Shown here: positions 9,333-20,101 of the stretch, piece after piece
Position numbering within the stretch: position 1 is the first letter of the stretch
Layout of the letters: each line of letters opens with the position of its first letter
From: Stramenopiles sp. TOSAG23-3
Taxonomy: Eukaryota
Length of the DNA: 52,008 bases
Direction of reading: 5' to 3'
NCBI GenBank assembly: GCA_900128585.1
Contig: LT642161.1
Location: 1 to 52,008, forward strand
Position numbers and translations under genes: made by a program
The notes under the pieces: model-generated
Databases searched by the model: none
Told to the model about the DNA's origin: nothing
The model's input: the letters and a program-made list of their open reading frames with translations, nothing else

Positions 9333-11246
9333 ATGCAGGCCAGCCCAAAAGATATTGAATTGACGACAGTGAGCATCGCTGACAAGTGGGAGAGGGTAAA
9401 CGTCGAGATAACCTTCTCCCGTCACGTTGGCTGGGACGGTGCATTGGTGTTGTTTTCCTCGTTGGGAAATGCTGGGTTATTTCTTTATATCACCTTTTTG
9501 TACACCAATTCATTTCGATTATGGCATCGTCCGTGGGTTTGGATGTTTGTGGTGTTTGCCGTGTTGTTTGTTCTTGTCGTGGTAAAATTTTTATGCACCT
9601 GGAAAAAGTTGGCCACGGAATGCACCCTGCGGCAGCAAACTCCTAGGGAAGAGAAGGAAGGCGATAGACTAAAGCGCACAAAATCAGCCATAGAACGCGC
9701 TCAAATGGCGGCCCAACATGCCGAAAGTATATATGAAAAATTTCAATGGAAAGGACCATTGTTTTTGTGGAAATTGTATCTCTCCGAACTGTTTGAATCC
9801 GCGCAACAGTGCATAAATTTGACAACCGTCTATTTATGCTCACTGCCCGTTTTGTGGACTTGTTCGATTTGTTTTGGACTGGCTCTGGACTGCTTTTATA
9901 CAATGTATGCCATGACGCACAAAAATACGCCCGCGCGTAGGGACAGACAAGTGAAAATAGACACGGTAGTTGACTTTCTGTGTGTGACAATTCCACTATT
10001 GATCATGTGGTTTGTGTACAAGGTGCCAATATCGATATCCGAGATGCTATCTATCACGCTGCTGCCGGCTTTTTTTCTGTTGACAAAGTTGGACGATATC
10101 TTGGAAGCGGTCGTTCATCACCGTTCTGCGCAGCAGGTGCTGAAAGTACAATCTAAGCATTCGTTCCAACAGAACAGACACAGAAAAAGTATGTTTGGGC
10201 AGGTGGAATCTGTTGAAATGGCAAAGGTGCAAGAGGATAGAGTTCCATGGAAGGTACGGTTGTTTACGGCTGGCAGCAAAGGTTTGTTTGGCCTCTTTTT
10301 TTTCGTGGTGGCGGTGGTGCATTTAATTTTAAAGCCAACGGGTTGTGATGAAAAAACGTGGAAAGAAGGATGCACGAACAAGATACAATTTTGCAACAGT
10401 CTGTTTACGCCCACATGCAACTGTGCGTCTTTAAGAATAAAGAACGATCTTACTTTGACGGTGTTGCCCACCTCCATGGTAGATGAGATGCAAGGGTTGA
10501 GGAAAGTATTTATACGAAATTGCAATTTGACTGCGTTACCGCCAGGGATGGAGCAATTGACAGAAATGGTGAAATTTGAAATATCATTTAACCGTTTGCA
10601 AACGTTTGATGTGGATATCCGAAAATGGAAACGATTACTTCATTTGATATTGAATTATAATGACGTTATGAAATATAACGAAGAGGCGTTTTGGACGCAT
10701 CCTGAAATGACATTTCTGAGCCTGATTAATAACAGAATCCATGTACCAGCTGCTGGACTATACATGCCTTTGCTGTATTTCCTTAATTTGTCCGAAAATA
10801 ATGCCAAAATCAAAGGGCATCAAATGAATAAAAACAATTTTCCTAGTCTTGCATTTTTATATTTGAATGGGAATAACCTTGAGCAATTTCCAGACAAATC
10901 TTTAAAAGATGGAATAATAAAGTTAGGCGTCGCCCGATGTCGATTAACGTCACTGCCCAAATATTTATCAAACTTTAAGAAGTTGCAATATTTCGATGGC
11001 AGGGACAACAACATAACCAAGATCGATGGCGACTTCAAGACATTGTTATCCAAAAATAATATCGAATCGTATTTTTCTGGAAACAATGTTTGTAAATTTG
11101 ACAAGGAATTGGATTGTGCGCCACTGTGTTCTGAGACTTGTTGGAGTAGAACAGTACTGAGTAACGGTTTCTGCGACGTTGAATGTAACACTGAAGTCTG
11201 CAAGTTTGATGGAGGAGACTGTACAAAACCGTTTTGGCATGGATAA
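9333..11246 (+). CDS. Multipass membrane protein with extracellular leucine-rich repeats and a C-terminal LNR (Notch) repeat
   Basis: About 7 hydrophobic segments, then a Cys cap (FCNSLFTPTCNC), LxxLxLxxN repeats (e.g. LAFLYLNGNNLEQFP), and CSETCW...NGFCDVECNTEVCKFDGGDC, which fits the LNR consensus. Confidence 0.85.
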   Translation: MQASPKDIELTTVSIADKWERVNVEITFSRHVGWDGALVLFSSLGNAGLFLYITFLYTNSFRLWHRPWVWMFVVFAVLFVLVVVKFLCTWKKLATECTLRQQTPREEKEGDRLKRTKSAIERAQMAAQHAESIYEKFQWKGPLFLWKLYLSELFESAQQCINLTTVYLCSLPVLWTCSICFGLALDCFYTMYAMTHKNTPARRDRQVKIDTVVDFLCVTIPLLIMWFVYKVPISISEMLSITLLPAFFLLTKLDDILEAVVHHRSAQQVLKVQSKHSFQQNRHRKSMFGQVESVEMAKVQEDRVPWKVRLFTAGSKGLFGLFFFVVAVVHLILKPTGCDEKTWKEGCTNKIQFCNSLFTPTCNCASLRIKNDLTLTVLPTSMVDEMQGLRKVFIRNCNLTALPPGMEQLTEMVKFEISFNRLQTFDVDIRKWKRLLHLILNYNDVMKYNEEAFWTHPEMTFLSLINNRIHVPAAGLYMPLLYFLNLSENNAKIKGHQMNKNNFPSLAFLYLNGNNLEQFPDKSLKDGIIKLGVARCRLTSLPKYLSNFKKLQYFDGRDNNITKIDGDFKTLLSKNNIESYFSGNNVCKFDKELDCAPLCSETCWSRTVLSNGFCDVECNTEVCKFDGGDCTKPFWHG

Positions 11247-11453
11247 TTTTTTGTAATAACATTTCTTATCGGGGTTGTCTGGCGAGATGGGTGTTGTTAA
11301 TTTATAACTTGAACAAGAAGAGATTTGAGGTCAAATTTTCATGAGAAATCCAAACTCAAAACACTTACTTAGGCTTTTACAGCATAATTAGTAAATAATG
11401 TAAAGTAAGTCAGGAAGGTTAAGATACTTATCATAGCGACTTAAAAAAATATA

Positions 11454-11621
11454 ATTAAAAACAAGAAAATTGGCTGTTATTTAAGTAATTAAATTTAGCT
11501 TCGTCGTACCCTAATCCTAACTTGGTTCTGNNNNNNNNNNNNNNNNNNNNNNNNNNNNNNNNNNNNNNNNNNNNNNNNNNCAGATGAACCGTAATCAACT
11601 TCCTCATCCGATATCTCACTC
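11454..11621 (+). repeat. Repeat family I copy spanning an assembly gap (N 11531..11580)
   Basis: Core attaaaaacaagaaaattggctgttatttaagtaattaaatttagcttc at 11454..11502; 11581..11621 matches 14761..14801 with an identical 19-mer taatcaacttcctcatccg. Confidence 0.7.
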
Positions 11622-11867
11622 AGAGATAAATCAACCCTTGTACCATCTTCCAAGCAGCGCTAATTATAGTATGTTAATTAACACCAGTATACAACTCGCA
11701 TTTAATCAATAAACAAAGAATGAATCTCATCATTACTCAAACAAAGTACAAAATTTAATACGAATACTTTTCTAAATTGCGATGAAACGACTGTCGAAAA
11801 ACAATTTTTCAATATTATGTGAATACTTTTCGACATCGGAGTTGCGTGTTTGCTGGCGTCCGCCACT

Positions 11868-13340
11868 TCAACACACAGCGTCGGAATTAGTTAACAATCG
11901 CCTTCTCCTACGTCTACCGTCCCCTATGTTGTACTTTACAAAACCACCTTCACGATATAGCTTCACTGTACCAAGCTCATGTGAAAATTTGACTTCTTGT
12001 CCTGTAGTAGCAACATCATGTGCACAAATACAAAAGTCCATGTTTAATTCACAATGCGGCATATTAAATTGGTTAAACTCCTCCACATAGGTAACACCTT
12101 TAAATATCTCATATGCTTTCATTCCATTGCATTCTCCGCTTGCTTCACTTATAAATGTTTGTACATCACTTTTCGATATACCACTTGACTTGGCACGCAA
12201 CCCGTCGGAAACCTGGAGTAAGGAATCCCCCCTTTTTTTTGCTTTCTTCAGACACAGCTGTTTGTTCTTTTCACAGGCTTTCTTGCATTTTATGTTCCCT
12301 TCATTAGAAATTTTGCACTTTTCAAATATGTTATTGCAATCGATTTCACTTGGCTCCATTTGAATCGTTTTCCCAGTCCTATATCCAAATTCACATGTAT
12401 GTGCCAAAATATTTGCTCCTGGTATCTTTTCTGGTATGATTTCACACAAACCATCTTTGCAACTCTCCCCGCTGAACTCTTTGATATATTTCCGTTGTTG
12501 AATAGAGTGTAGCTTAATCGCATTTGTTGCATCTTTCAAAGCCTGCCGATTTGTCTCTCCTAGAACTTTAGTTTCTTTCACGTCTAGTTCTTGAAGTTTC
12601 TTCATTTGGGCTTCTTTGCATTGCTCCAGGCACCTCTTACCTTGCATTATGCTTGCTATAGCCGAGCCTTGGAATTGTCGTTTTCCTTCCGACTTAAGTA
12701 CAAGTGGACCTTGTTTATTAGTAACAGGGTCATGAACGAGGTGGGAGAAAAATTGAGACATAAACGCTTCTAAGCAAAAGTCCTCACAGTCCACTAAAAA
12801 GGATCCCTCAGGCTTGCACACACATTTGTTTGCATCTGTACACGGATTGCTTCTTCTATAATTAGACCTTAAGTGTTCTTCACCATATAAATCAGGATAT
12901 GCCTTGTTCCCGTGATGGTTTAAGTAGATTCTTCCTTCTTTTTTATTATAGGTACATCCAGTAGACTGTGCTCTCTCTCTTGCTCCAGCTCTTTGAGTTT
13001 CCTTAATATCCTCTGTTATTGTTAACCCTTCCTTTTTATAATGAGGAAAGTCGTGGGGTACATACACCATAACATTTTTGATCTCTGCATCGGCGCCAAA
13101 GTGCGATTTCACCAACCTAATGCATGTATCTACGTCATAAACATAGGCGTCAGGTTCACACTGCCCCGAATGTTGGACCCCACCATTTTTTACCTGTTGA
13201 ATGAACCTATCCTCCTCCATCGGTTTTAGTATATCCTCCATCGTTTTTAGTTCTTTTTTTTCTGTTCTAGGGTTGCCTGCTAAGCAACTCCATGTGGTAC
13301 AAAGAACTACCACTAACCGGAAGACAACAGATAACTTCAT
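11868..13340 (-). CDS. Secreted cysteine-rich protein with a C-terminal poly-Arg RRRRRRLL motif
   Basis: Signal peptide MKLSVVFRLVVVLCTTWSCLAG; many spaced Cys; ends GDGRRRRRRLLTNSDAVC. Confidence 0.75.
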   Translation of the reverse strand: MKLSVVFRLVVVLCTTWSCLAGNPRTEKKELKTMEDILKPMEEDRFIQQVKNGGVQHSGQCEPDAYVYDVDTCIRLVKSHFGADAEIKNVMVYVPHDFPHYKKEGLTITEDIKETQRAGARERAQSTGCTYNKKEGRIYLNHHGNKAYPDLYGEEHLRSNYRRSNPCTDANKCVCKPEGSFLVDCEDFCLEAFMSQFFSHLVHDPVTNKQGPLVLKSEGKRQFQGSAIASIMQGKRCLEQCKEAQMKKLQELDVKETKVLGETNRQALKDATNAIKLHSIQQRKYIKEFSGESCKDGLCEIIPEKIPGANILAHTCEFGYRTGKTIQMEPSEIDCNNIFEKCKISNEGNIKCKKACEKNKQLCLKKAKKRGDSLLQVSDGLRAKSSGISKSDVQTFISEASGECNGMKAYEIFKGVTYVEEFNQFNMPHCELNMDFCICAHDVATTGQEVKFSHELGTVKLYREGGFVKYNIGDGRRRRRRLLTNSDAVC

Positions 13341-13780
13341 CAAGACCACTTGTGAAACGAACGACTAAAACAAACCAAATCGATGACACTCGGATTACTC
13401 TCTTTCGACGAACACTCTTTCGACTCTCTATTGTTCAGATAGATGAACGAACGAGTTAACGGACGAATTAGTTCATCCGATCGTTCCTTCTTTCTTCCTT
13501 TCCACTTGTTTCAAACCCTTCCTTTCCTTTCGTTCACTCGTTTGTCGTTTCCGTTTCTTTTTTCTTTTTCTTTCTTTTGTATTGTTGACAGGCATTATTA
13601 TATATAGTATACTAATATATATAGTTATATGTAACCCCCCACTTTTTTAAATTGAAAAAGAAGGAAAAATAGAAAAAACTCTCCTCGTTAGTAGTCTATA
13701 ATAATAATTGTTGCAGTTTGATATAATTAATAATAAAATATATTAATGGAGGAGGAGGTATAATATCTATTATATAATAT

Positions 13781-13837
13781 GTACTACTAGACCGACTAGT
13801 CAATAATAATAATTCCTCCTCCTCTTGCTTCTTATAA
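13781..13837 (+). repeat. Repeat family II, copy 2
   Basis: Matches 9086..9157. Confidence 0.8.
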
Positions 13838-13913
13838 AAATGAGAACCGTGCGCCAACCCCCGCCACATTGCGCCTAACCTTGACTAACGGAACAACGAT
13901 AGTGTTGTACATC

Positions 13914-14354
13914 ATGAACGACGCGACCAATATGTTATGGTTGTCACCGTTGTTCATCATTGTAAACTGGGTAGTCCTTCCGCGCGTGATTTCATTTGGA
14001 AGATCAGCTTACCGTAGGTCTGTGAAGTACGCCTTGTACCTCATTTGGGGGTCCACTTGCGTTGTCCCATTTTTGACGTATATGGGAATACTTGCGACAG
14101 GACAGTCGCTTTCGGATTTTTTCCTTAGTATTTTGAACCATTTGGAATGGGTTACCGTTGCTGCGACGTTGGGTGATTTCATGAGGGCTGATCTTTACAT
14201 CAGCGATGCCATCCTTTTCATGCACGTGCCCGAAGCAATTGAAGGTCCTCAAAATCCAAAACAATATGCGAGGTCAACCGATCCTGAAGGGGAAGGTGAC
14301 TTTGTATCTCCATTGTTACAGGATGTCCCAACAAACTATTTATCTGTACCATGA
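13914..14354 (+). CDS. Small membrane protein of unknown function (possibly 5'-truncated)
   Basis: 2-3 hydrophobic helices and an acidic tail with SPLL; the frame is open upstream of the first ATG (ORF track start TTG 13869). Confidence 0.55.
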   Translation: MNDATNMLWLSPLFIIVNWVVLPRVISFGRSAYRRSVKYALYLIWGSTCVVPFLTYMGILATGQSLSDFFLSILNHLEWVTVAATLGDFMRADLYISDAILFMHVPEAIEGPQNPKQYARSTDPEGEGDFVSPLLQDVPTNYLSVP

Positions 14355-14668
14355 GTTATGGCGCGAAAGGAAAAATATGTAAATAAAAAAAACAAATGCG
14401 TTAAAGAAAATCAGTTGGTTGGAATGCTGGTAAAAGTTACCATGTAATTCAAAATCGTCATATCTCCTAAAGGGGGACGTCCAGTAGAAAGTACTGGGAC
14501 ACATTGAAATCGTTTAAAAGAAAGAAAAAAATGTTATGGTAATTACTAAAAGAGTAGTATATAGACTTGATTTCGTCTATACTACTTGAAAGGCATTAAA
14601 AAAAGCAATAAGTTGACAGTATATATAGTAATTAAAATTACTGAACTGCAGCTGAAATCTAGATTTAG

Positions 14669-14801
14669 ACATTCTAGGTTTACATTCCTTCATGATCTGC
14701 GAACTTACTCAGATGCACTCCATTTATGATCTGAATCAGTAGATGGATTAGCACTGCTTCCACATGACCCATAATCAACTTCCTCATCCGGTGTCCCACT
14801 C
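14669..14801 (+). repeat. Repeat family I, distal blocks
   Basis: 14669..14708 resembles 32250..32290 (ggtttaca.ttccttcatg..ctgc); 14761..14801 resembles 11581..11621. Confidence 0.65.
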
Positions 14802-14845
14802 GTAAGGAAATTATATTTTTAACCGTTCTTGTAAAATTAACTTGA

Positions 14846-17773
14846 TCAAGCGTAATGCTTCGGGTGATTTGGGGCGTTCTGCATGTTCCTATTGGCCAAC
14901 TGTTGGCATACTACGTTCTTGAGAGCCATCCCGACGTCCGGATGAAGCGCATTCACCGTAATTCTGTACTTTAACGACTGCTGGTTGCATTCAAGCCTCA
15001 TCATGCAGCCTACACTCAGCGGTGAGCCGTTTGCAGCCTTTGCCCCAGTTCGGAACACCCCAACGCAGGACACTGTGTTTGCGTTGTCAATCCCTTGGAC
15101 CAGCGACATCCGGCAACCGCCAACTAGTAGGGCGCGGATGTTGTCCATCGCAATTTGCCCGCTGGCAGGAAAAACTTGCACAATGTGAGAGCTCTGGGGG
15201 CTTTGCTGCCATCGCTGCTTAAAAGCGTCGCCTTGCAGGCTAACAGGCTCAAAAAAACGAGTCGCTACGATCGGCAGCTTGAGTGGGTACTCGTACGCAC
15301 TACCATTGGAATTAAACGCGACCTTTATCCCTGGCGGGTTGACGAAAGGCCGCATGCACATAAACTGCATGGGGAGCTTTTGCTGGCCACCGGCGTTGAC
15401 GTTCGCCCCGCCGATCGACGGGGGTGCGCCTTGCTGTCCCCACGACAAATACTTGACCGGGTCGATGGCAACGTTCAAATTCGAGCACGCTACTTTGCAG
15501 TTGAAGAAGAGCATGATGCGTCCTATGTTGCCCTTGTATTGTTGCTGCATTCCTATTTGGATCATGCTGTCTTCGTACAGCAAGGACTTTGGCGCGACGC
15601 ACCCGTCCCGGAACCACGTCATGACTTGCGGCATGATGTCGTTCGGGATACCCGTTGGGCTGCCAGAGGGGGCACTGCTAGTCCCGGAGGAAAACGCACC
15701 CAGCAGGTCGTCCGCTGCGGAGGCCACTTGCGGCGCAGCGGGCGCGGGGGGTGAGGTCCCCAGGCCAAGCAGATCGTCCGTGACGTTGTTTGCGGCATCG
15801 TCGTCCGCGCTCTCGCTGCCCGAGCTGGAGTCCGAGTCGCTGCCCGAGTCGCCGCCCCCCCTGCCCCCCCTTGGCTTGTCGGTCGCACCATCGCCGTTGC
15901 TTTCCCCGGCCTTCAGCGCATCCCTGTCCTGTTGACTATTTTTTTTCGCGTTGAGCAGCGCTTCCAGCGCCGACCCTCTGCCTTCGGCGAACGGCGGCAT
16001 CCCCTCAAGAACGTGCTCGATGGTCGAACGGCTAAGGCGAGGTAGTGCCAGGTACTCTACTGCCCGCTGTTGCACTTCCATGTCTATGTGGGTCGCCATC
16101 TCTTTGAAGACGGGGGCTATTCGCGGCCCTACGTCGTCGTACAAGTTTACCATCTTGATGTACGACGACAGCATCAACGCTTGGGTCATCGGGGAGAGCC
16201 CGGATCGAAAATGAGCGTGGAGCGCGTCGAACTGGCGGCTCCCGGTGACCGGGGCGTCGTCCCTGTCGGCTAAAAGGTAACCGAACTCGCCAAGGACGTA
16301 CGATGCCAGGCATACCAGCGTCTCATGCGCCCCCTTCGGCTCGACGGCTTCAAATATTTTCTGCGTCGCGTACGCCTGCACGCTTTCGTTGTTCGTGATG
16401 ATCTGCACGACGCGGTGCCATATTTCTTCCGAAACGTGCATGCCGGCAATGCGGACGACCTGCAGGATCGTGTCCACGTACCACTCGAAGCTGGAGGCGA
16501 AGCGCTCCGCCAGGATGGCAATTTTCAGCACCATCTCTTCCTTTATGTCGAACTCGGCAACGACGATGTGCTCGAGCAGCTCCGCGACGACGCTCTCCGC
16601 GTTGTTGGAGTTGCACATGGCGAACAGCAGCTCCAGGGCCCGTTTTCGAATGCTGATGTCGCCGTCCTTCAGCGAGAAGAGTATCCTGGACTTGTGCTCG
16701 TCCAAGTCCGTATCGTTCGCAAACTTTGCCAGCTTACTCATGGACGCGAGGCCGAGGTATCGAATGTTCGGCTCGCGCACAGATATGTACTTTCCCAAGA
16801 GCTGGATGGACTTTGAGCGAAGGCGCTCGTCGCTTCGGTCCTCTTGGTGAATGATCAGGTTTATGGCCTCGAACAGGATGGCGTGGTCCGCGTTGTTTTT
16901 GTTGACGCTTTTCGTGACCTCCGTGCGGCTCAGGATCCGTTCCAGGACCTCGTTCAGCCGGCCAAGCAAGGTTTTGTCAGAGGGCAGGGGAAAGTACTGC
17001 AGCATTCTCAGGAGGCGCACTTGAAGCCACGGGCTCGCGGTGTTGTAGTACAGGTAGTCCGGCGTGCAGGACTTGTTGATGACCAAGTGCACCAGGCACC
17101 GGATGGTGTTCGGCACGACGTCTTGGAGGTGCCTCGTATCGTTCGACGCAACGTTCAGCAGCAGGCTGCTGCAGCAGGTGAGGACCCCGACGTCTGTGGA
17201 CGTAAGGAGCCGGGCCAACTCAGTCCCACACTCATCCAAGTCCAGTATGCTTTGGTCGATCCGGTAGAGGCGGAGAAGGGTCAGCGCCGCCTTTTTTCGA
17301 ACCACGGTGCGGGTGGCAGGGGCAAACAGGACCCGCTGGACGTCCGCGGCGACGGCCTCGGTCAGCTGGTGGCCGCCAATGTTGGCGGTCCCCGCCAAGG
17401 CGAGGCATTGGATGGAGTCCTTCGCGGAGGTCAGGTCTTGCCGGATGGTGTTAATGACGAGGGTCATCATGTCGTCGGTGTTCTTCAGCAACAAAGATAT
17501 CCCCACGTAGCCAACGTGCTTTTCCGAATACTTGCTCGCGCTCAGGCACTTGATCATTTCCATGTGGCCAAAGTCCACTTCGTACCCGAGCATGTGCATG
17601 TATATCATCTTCCAGACATATTTTTTCCGGTTGTAGCTGTCCAGGTTCTTCCCCGACGTGAACTTTGCGCGGATGTTTGCGCATTCCTTGTCAATCCGCC
17701 GCCGTTCCTTGTCCTTGTCGTGTTGAACGTTCCGAAGGTCCGCTATGAAAACGTTCAGTCCACGGTACGCCAT
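14846..17773 (-). CDS. AP2A: AP-2 complex subunit alpha (alpha-adaptin)
   Basis: RGLNVFIADLR...KE.RRIDKECANIRAKF...YNRKKYVWKMIY...VDFGHME...YSEK.VGY; KSVNKNNADHAILFEAI; REPNIRYLGL; D.EVQQRAVEY; flexible hinge and appendage (LYED..IQIG). Confidence 0.97.
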   Translation of the reverse strand: MAYRGLNVFIADLRNVQHDKDKERRRIDKECANIRAKFTSGKNLDSYNRKKYVWKMIYMHMLGYEVDFGHMEMIKCLSASKYSEKHVGYVGISLLLKNTDDMMTLVINTIRQDLTSAKDSIQCLALAGTANIGGHQLTEAVAADVQRVLFAPATRTVVRKKAALTLLRLYRIDQSILDLDECGTELARLLTSTDVGVLTCCSSLLLNVASNDTRHLQDVVPNTIRCLVHLVINKSCTPDYLYYNTASPWLQVRLLRMLQYFPLPSDKTLLGRLNEVLERILSRTEVTKSVNKNNADHAILFEAINLIIHQEDRSDERLRSKSIQLLGKYISVREPNIRYLGLASMSKLAKFANDTDLDEHKSRILFSLKDGDISIRKRALELLFAMCNSNNAESVVAELLEHIVVAEFDIKEEMVLKIAILAERFASSFEWYVDTILQVVRIAGMHVSEEIWHRVVQIITNNESVQAYATQKIFEAVEPKGAHETLVCLASYVLGEFGYLLADRDDAPVTGSRQFDALHAHFRSGLSPMTQALMLSSYIKMVNLYDDVGPRIAPVFKEMATHIDMEVQQRAVEYLALPRLSRSTIEHVLEGMPPFAEGRGSALEALLNAKKNSQQDRDALKAGESNGDGATDKPRGGRGGGDSGSDSDSSSGSESADDDAANNVTDDLLGLGTSPPAPAAPQVASAADDLLGAFSSGTSSAPSGSPTGIPNDIMPQVMTWFRDGCVAPKSLLYEDSMIQIGMQQQYKGNIGRIMLFFNCKVACSNLNVAIDPVKYLSWGQQGAPPSIGGANVNAGGQQKLPMQFMCMRPFVNPPGIKVAFNSNGSAYEYPLKLPIVATRFFEPVSLQGDAFKQRWQQSPQSSHIVQVFPASGQIAMDNIRALLVGGCRMSLVQGIDNANTVSCVGVFRTGAKAANGSPLSVGCMMRLECNQQSLKYRITVNALHPDVGMALKNVVCQQLANRNMQNAPNHPKHYA

Positions 17774-18195
17774 TGTAGTATATCCCAAACAAATGGACTA
17801 ACTGGGTATAATAGAATGCAAACGACTACAAGAAAGAAGAAGAGGAGAAGAAAGAAATCTGTGGGTGGAAAGTGAGTGCCCGATGTGTGTAAAATATGAT
17901 GCAATCAATCTAAAAACGAGAAATAAACATTAAAATCCATATCTTTTGTTTTTCCATAAATCATAATTTAAATATAATATTATTGGATTGGGGATTATTG
18001 TTGGTGGATTGGATCTTATTATTTTTTATTATTTTTTTTTTTTTTTGCCAACTAATCCGCAGTCCTTATTAATAAACCATCTAATTACTTTACTTTTATG
18101 TCATCAGAGGAGGGAGGGGTCAGGTCAGGTGTCAAGGTCCGATTGTCGTTGGTGTAGTTTAATATATAAAAGTAGTGAGAGAGGAGTATCTTTTA

Positions 18196-18292
18196 TCTTT
18201 TTCTTCTTTTTTCTTCTTCTTTCTTCTTCTTCTTTCTTCTTCTTCTTCTTCTTTCTTCTTTCTTCTTCTTCTTCTTCTTCTTCTTTCTTTTC
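18196..18292. repeat. (TTC)n microsatellite, imperfect
   Basis: Direct reading. Confidence 0.9.
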
Positions 18293-19006
18293 AATCTGCA
18301 ATACGATAATTATAGTAGTTATAATAAAATAGAATAGGAATATTTCCTATTCTTATAAAGGATATTTTGATAATATTTATTATTATTTTATACACATATA
18401 TAAGCACATAATAAACATATATATATATATACATAATAGAATAATACATAATATACTTATTTGTTTTATTTCAATAGTTAACATTATTATAAATACTTCT
18501 TACTTTCACATTGTTCTATTAACATTCTATTTATTTATACTTATAATTAGTATTAAAGTTAACTAGGGGGGTTTTTTAAATTGTTTTTTTTTTAATCGTC
18601 AGGAGAAGTACATACAATACTATTTATATTCACAGCAAGAGAATAAGAAGGAAGTTTACTCCGTCCAGTCTAGTCGTGTCTGGTTGGTTTTTGATTGTTC
18701 CTTTGATGACTATTATTTGCCGTTGTATGATTACATCATCATTAAATCTTCTTCTTCGCTACTGTATGTATGTATTATTATATGTATTTTATTATACTAA
18801 ATAATAATAATAATAAATAAAAAAAAAAATGATGAAAAAATAATTTCATTTTATTAATAAAACAATATTTTTATCCTACTACATATAGAAGAATGGAATG
18901 GTAAACATCTATGAAACAAATCATAACGATCACCATGAGTAAAATGGCGCGGGAGAGATATTCTTACAGAAAGGCTTGAATTGTTTTTGTATTTATTGCA
19001 TACATC

Positions 19007-20101
19007 ATGGCGTTTTGTGCACGTATAAACAACTCGTTGAAAGCGACGGCGTCCAAGCACGCACGCTCCTTCAGCTCAGGCTTTAACTATGGGCCTGGTG
19101 GCAGGGCGTCCGCGGGTGCCTCGACGATTACCGTCTTTGGCAGCACGGGGCAGCTGGGGCGATACGTTGTGACGGAGCTCGCAAGGCAAGGGAACACAGT
19201 GGTCGTCCCGTACCGTGGGGACGACATGGAGTGGCGGCACCTGAAGGTTGCGGGGGACTTGGGCCGTGTCATTCCCATGCCGTACAACATTCGCGACTTG
19301 GATAGTGTCAAGGAAACCTTGCGGTACAGCGACAAGGCAATTAATTTGATCGGGAAATACTACGAGACGCAGCACGTGTTCGGGCCCTTCTCCCCCAACT
19401 ACACGCTGTACGACGTGAACGTCGGCGCCGCGGAGACCGTAGCGAAGATGTGCAACGAGATGGACGTAGACCACCTAGTACATGTGTCTGCACTGACTGC
19501 GAGCGAGTCCAGCGGGTCCGAGTGGGCCCGGACGAAAGCGATAGGGGAGAAGTCGGTGCGTGCCATCCGGCCGGACGCCACGATCTGCCGCCTGGGGCAA
19601 CTCTTCGGGCAGGAAGACAACTGGCTCAACCTTTACGCATACTTGTGCCGCACCAAGGTGCCAGGGGTAGGACCGTTCGTGGTCAACGGTGGGCAGAACA
19701 AGGTGCAGCCCTTGTGGTCGGCCGATGCCGGGGAGGCCGTGGGAAAAGCCGCCCTCCTCGGGGACAACGCGAAGGGCCACGTCTACCATTTAGCGGGTTC
19801 GGAAGTGTTCAGCATGGCCGAAGTCATGGATTTTGTGTTGGAGAGCATCCAGACGGACGTGGAAATTAAAGACATTTCTCCCATGCGAGCAGAAATAATG
19901 GGCGGCATCTACGAGCAGATGCCCGACCGGCCGAAAATGACACGCGACACGTTGCGCTTGATGCAGGAGGAGGCGGTATTGAACGCTCAATACGGCGAAC
20001 GGACGATCGCGGATTTGAGCGTGGAACCAAGGAAAATGACAAAGGAAGCATTCAATTATTTGATTCGATTTAGACGTGGTGGTCATTTCATTGAGTTGTA
20101 A
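19007..20101 (+). CDS. NDUFA9: NADH:ubiquinone oxidoreductase 39-kDa subunit (NDUFA9, SDR fold), mitochondrial
   Basis: Presequence, then GPGGRAS....TVFGSTGQLGRYVV..LA..G..VVVPYRGDDMEWRHLKVAGDLG, INLIGKYYET, HVSAL, TKAIGE. Confidence 0.95.
   Translation: MAFCARINNSLKATASKHARSFSSGFNYGPGGRASAGASTITVFGSTGQLGRYVVTELARQGNTVVVPYRGDDMEWRHLKVAGDLGRVIPMPYNIRDLDSVKETLRYSDKAINLIGKYYETQHVFGPFSPNYTLYDVNVGAAETVAKMCNEMDVDHLVHVSALTASESSGSEWARTKAIGEKSVRAIRPDATICRLGQLFGQEDNWLNLYAYLCRTKVPGVGPFVVNGGQNKVQPLWSADAGEAVGKAALLGDNAKGHVYHLAGSEVFSMAEVMDFVLESIQTDVEIKDISPMRAEIMGGIYEQMPDRPKMTRDTLRLMQEEAVLNAQYGERTIADLSVEPRKMTKEAFNYLIRFRRGGHFIEL

Noticed and set aside
11509..11521. ccctaatcctaa next to a gap as a possible telomere seed
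   Set aside because: Only two imperfect units; expected by chance in AT-rich DNA.
16844..17875. 343-aa plus-strand ORF and other long ORFs antisense to AP2A
   Set aside because: Shadow ORFs expected from GC3-rich codon usage of a highly conserved gene on the opposite strand; no recognisable motifs.
17988..18332. 114-aa Phe/Ser-rich ORF (similarly 21136..21511 and 49226..49438)
   Set aside because: These are translations of TTC or GAAA microsatellites and poly-T tracts.
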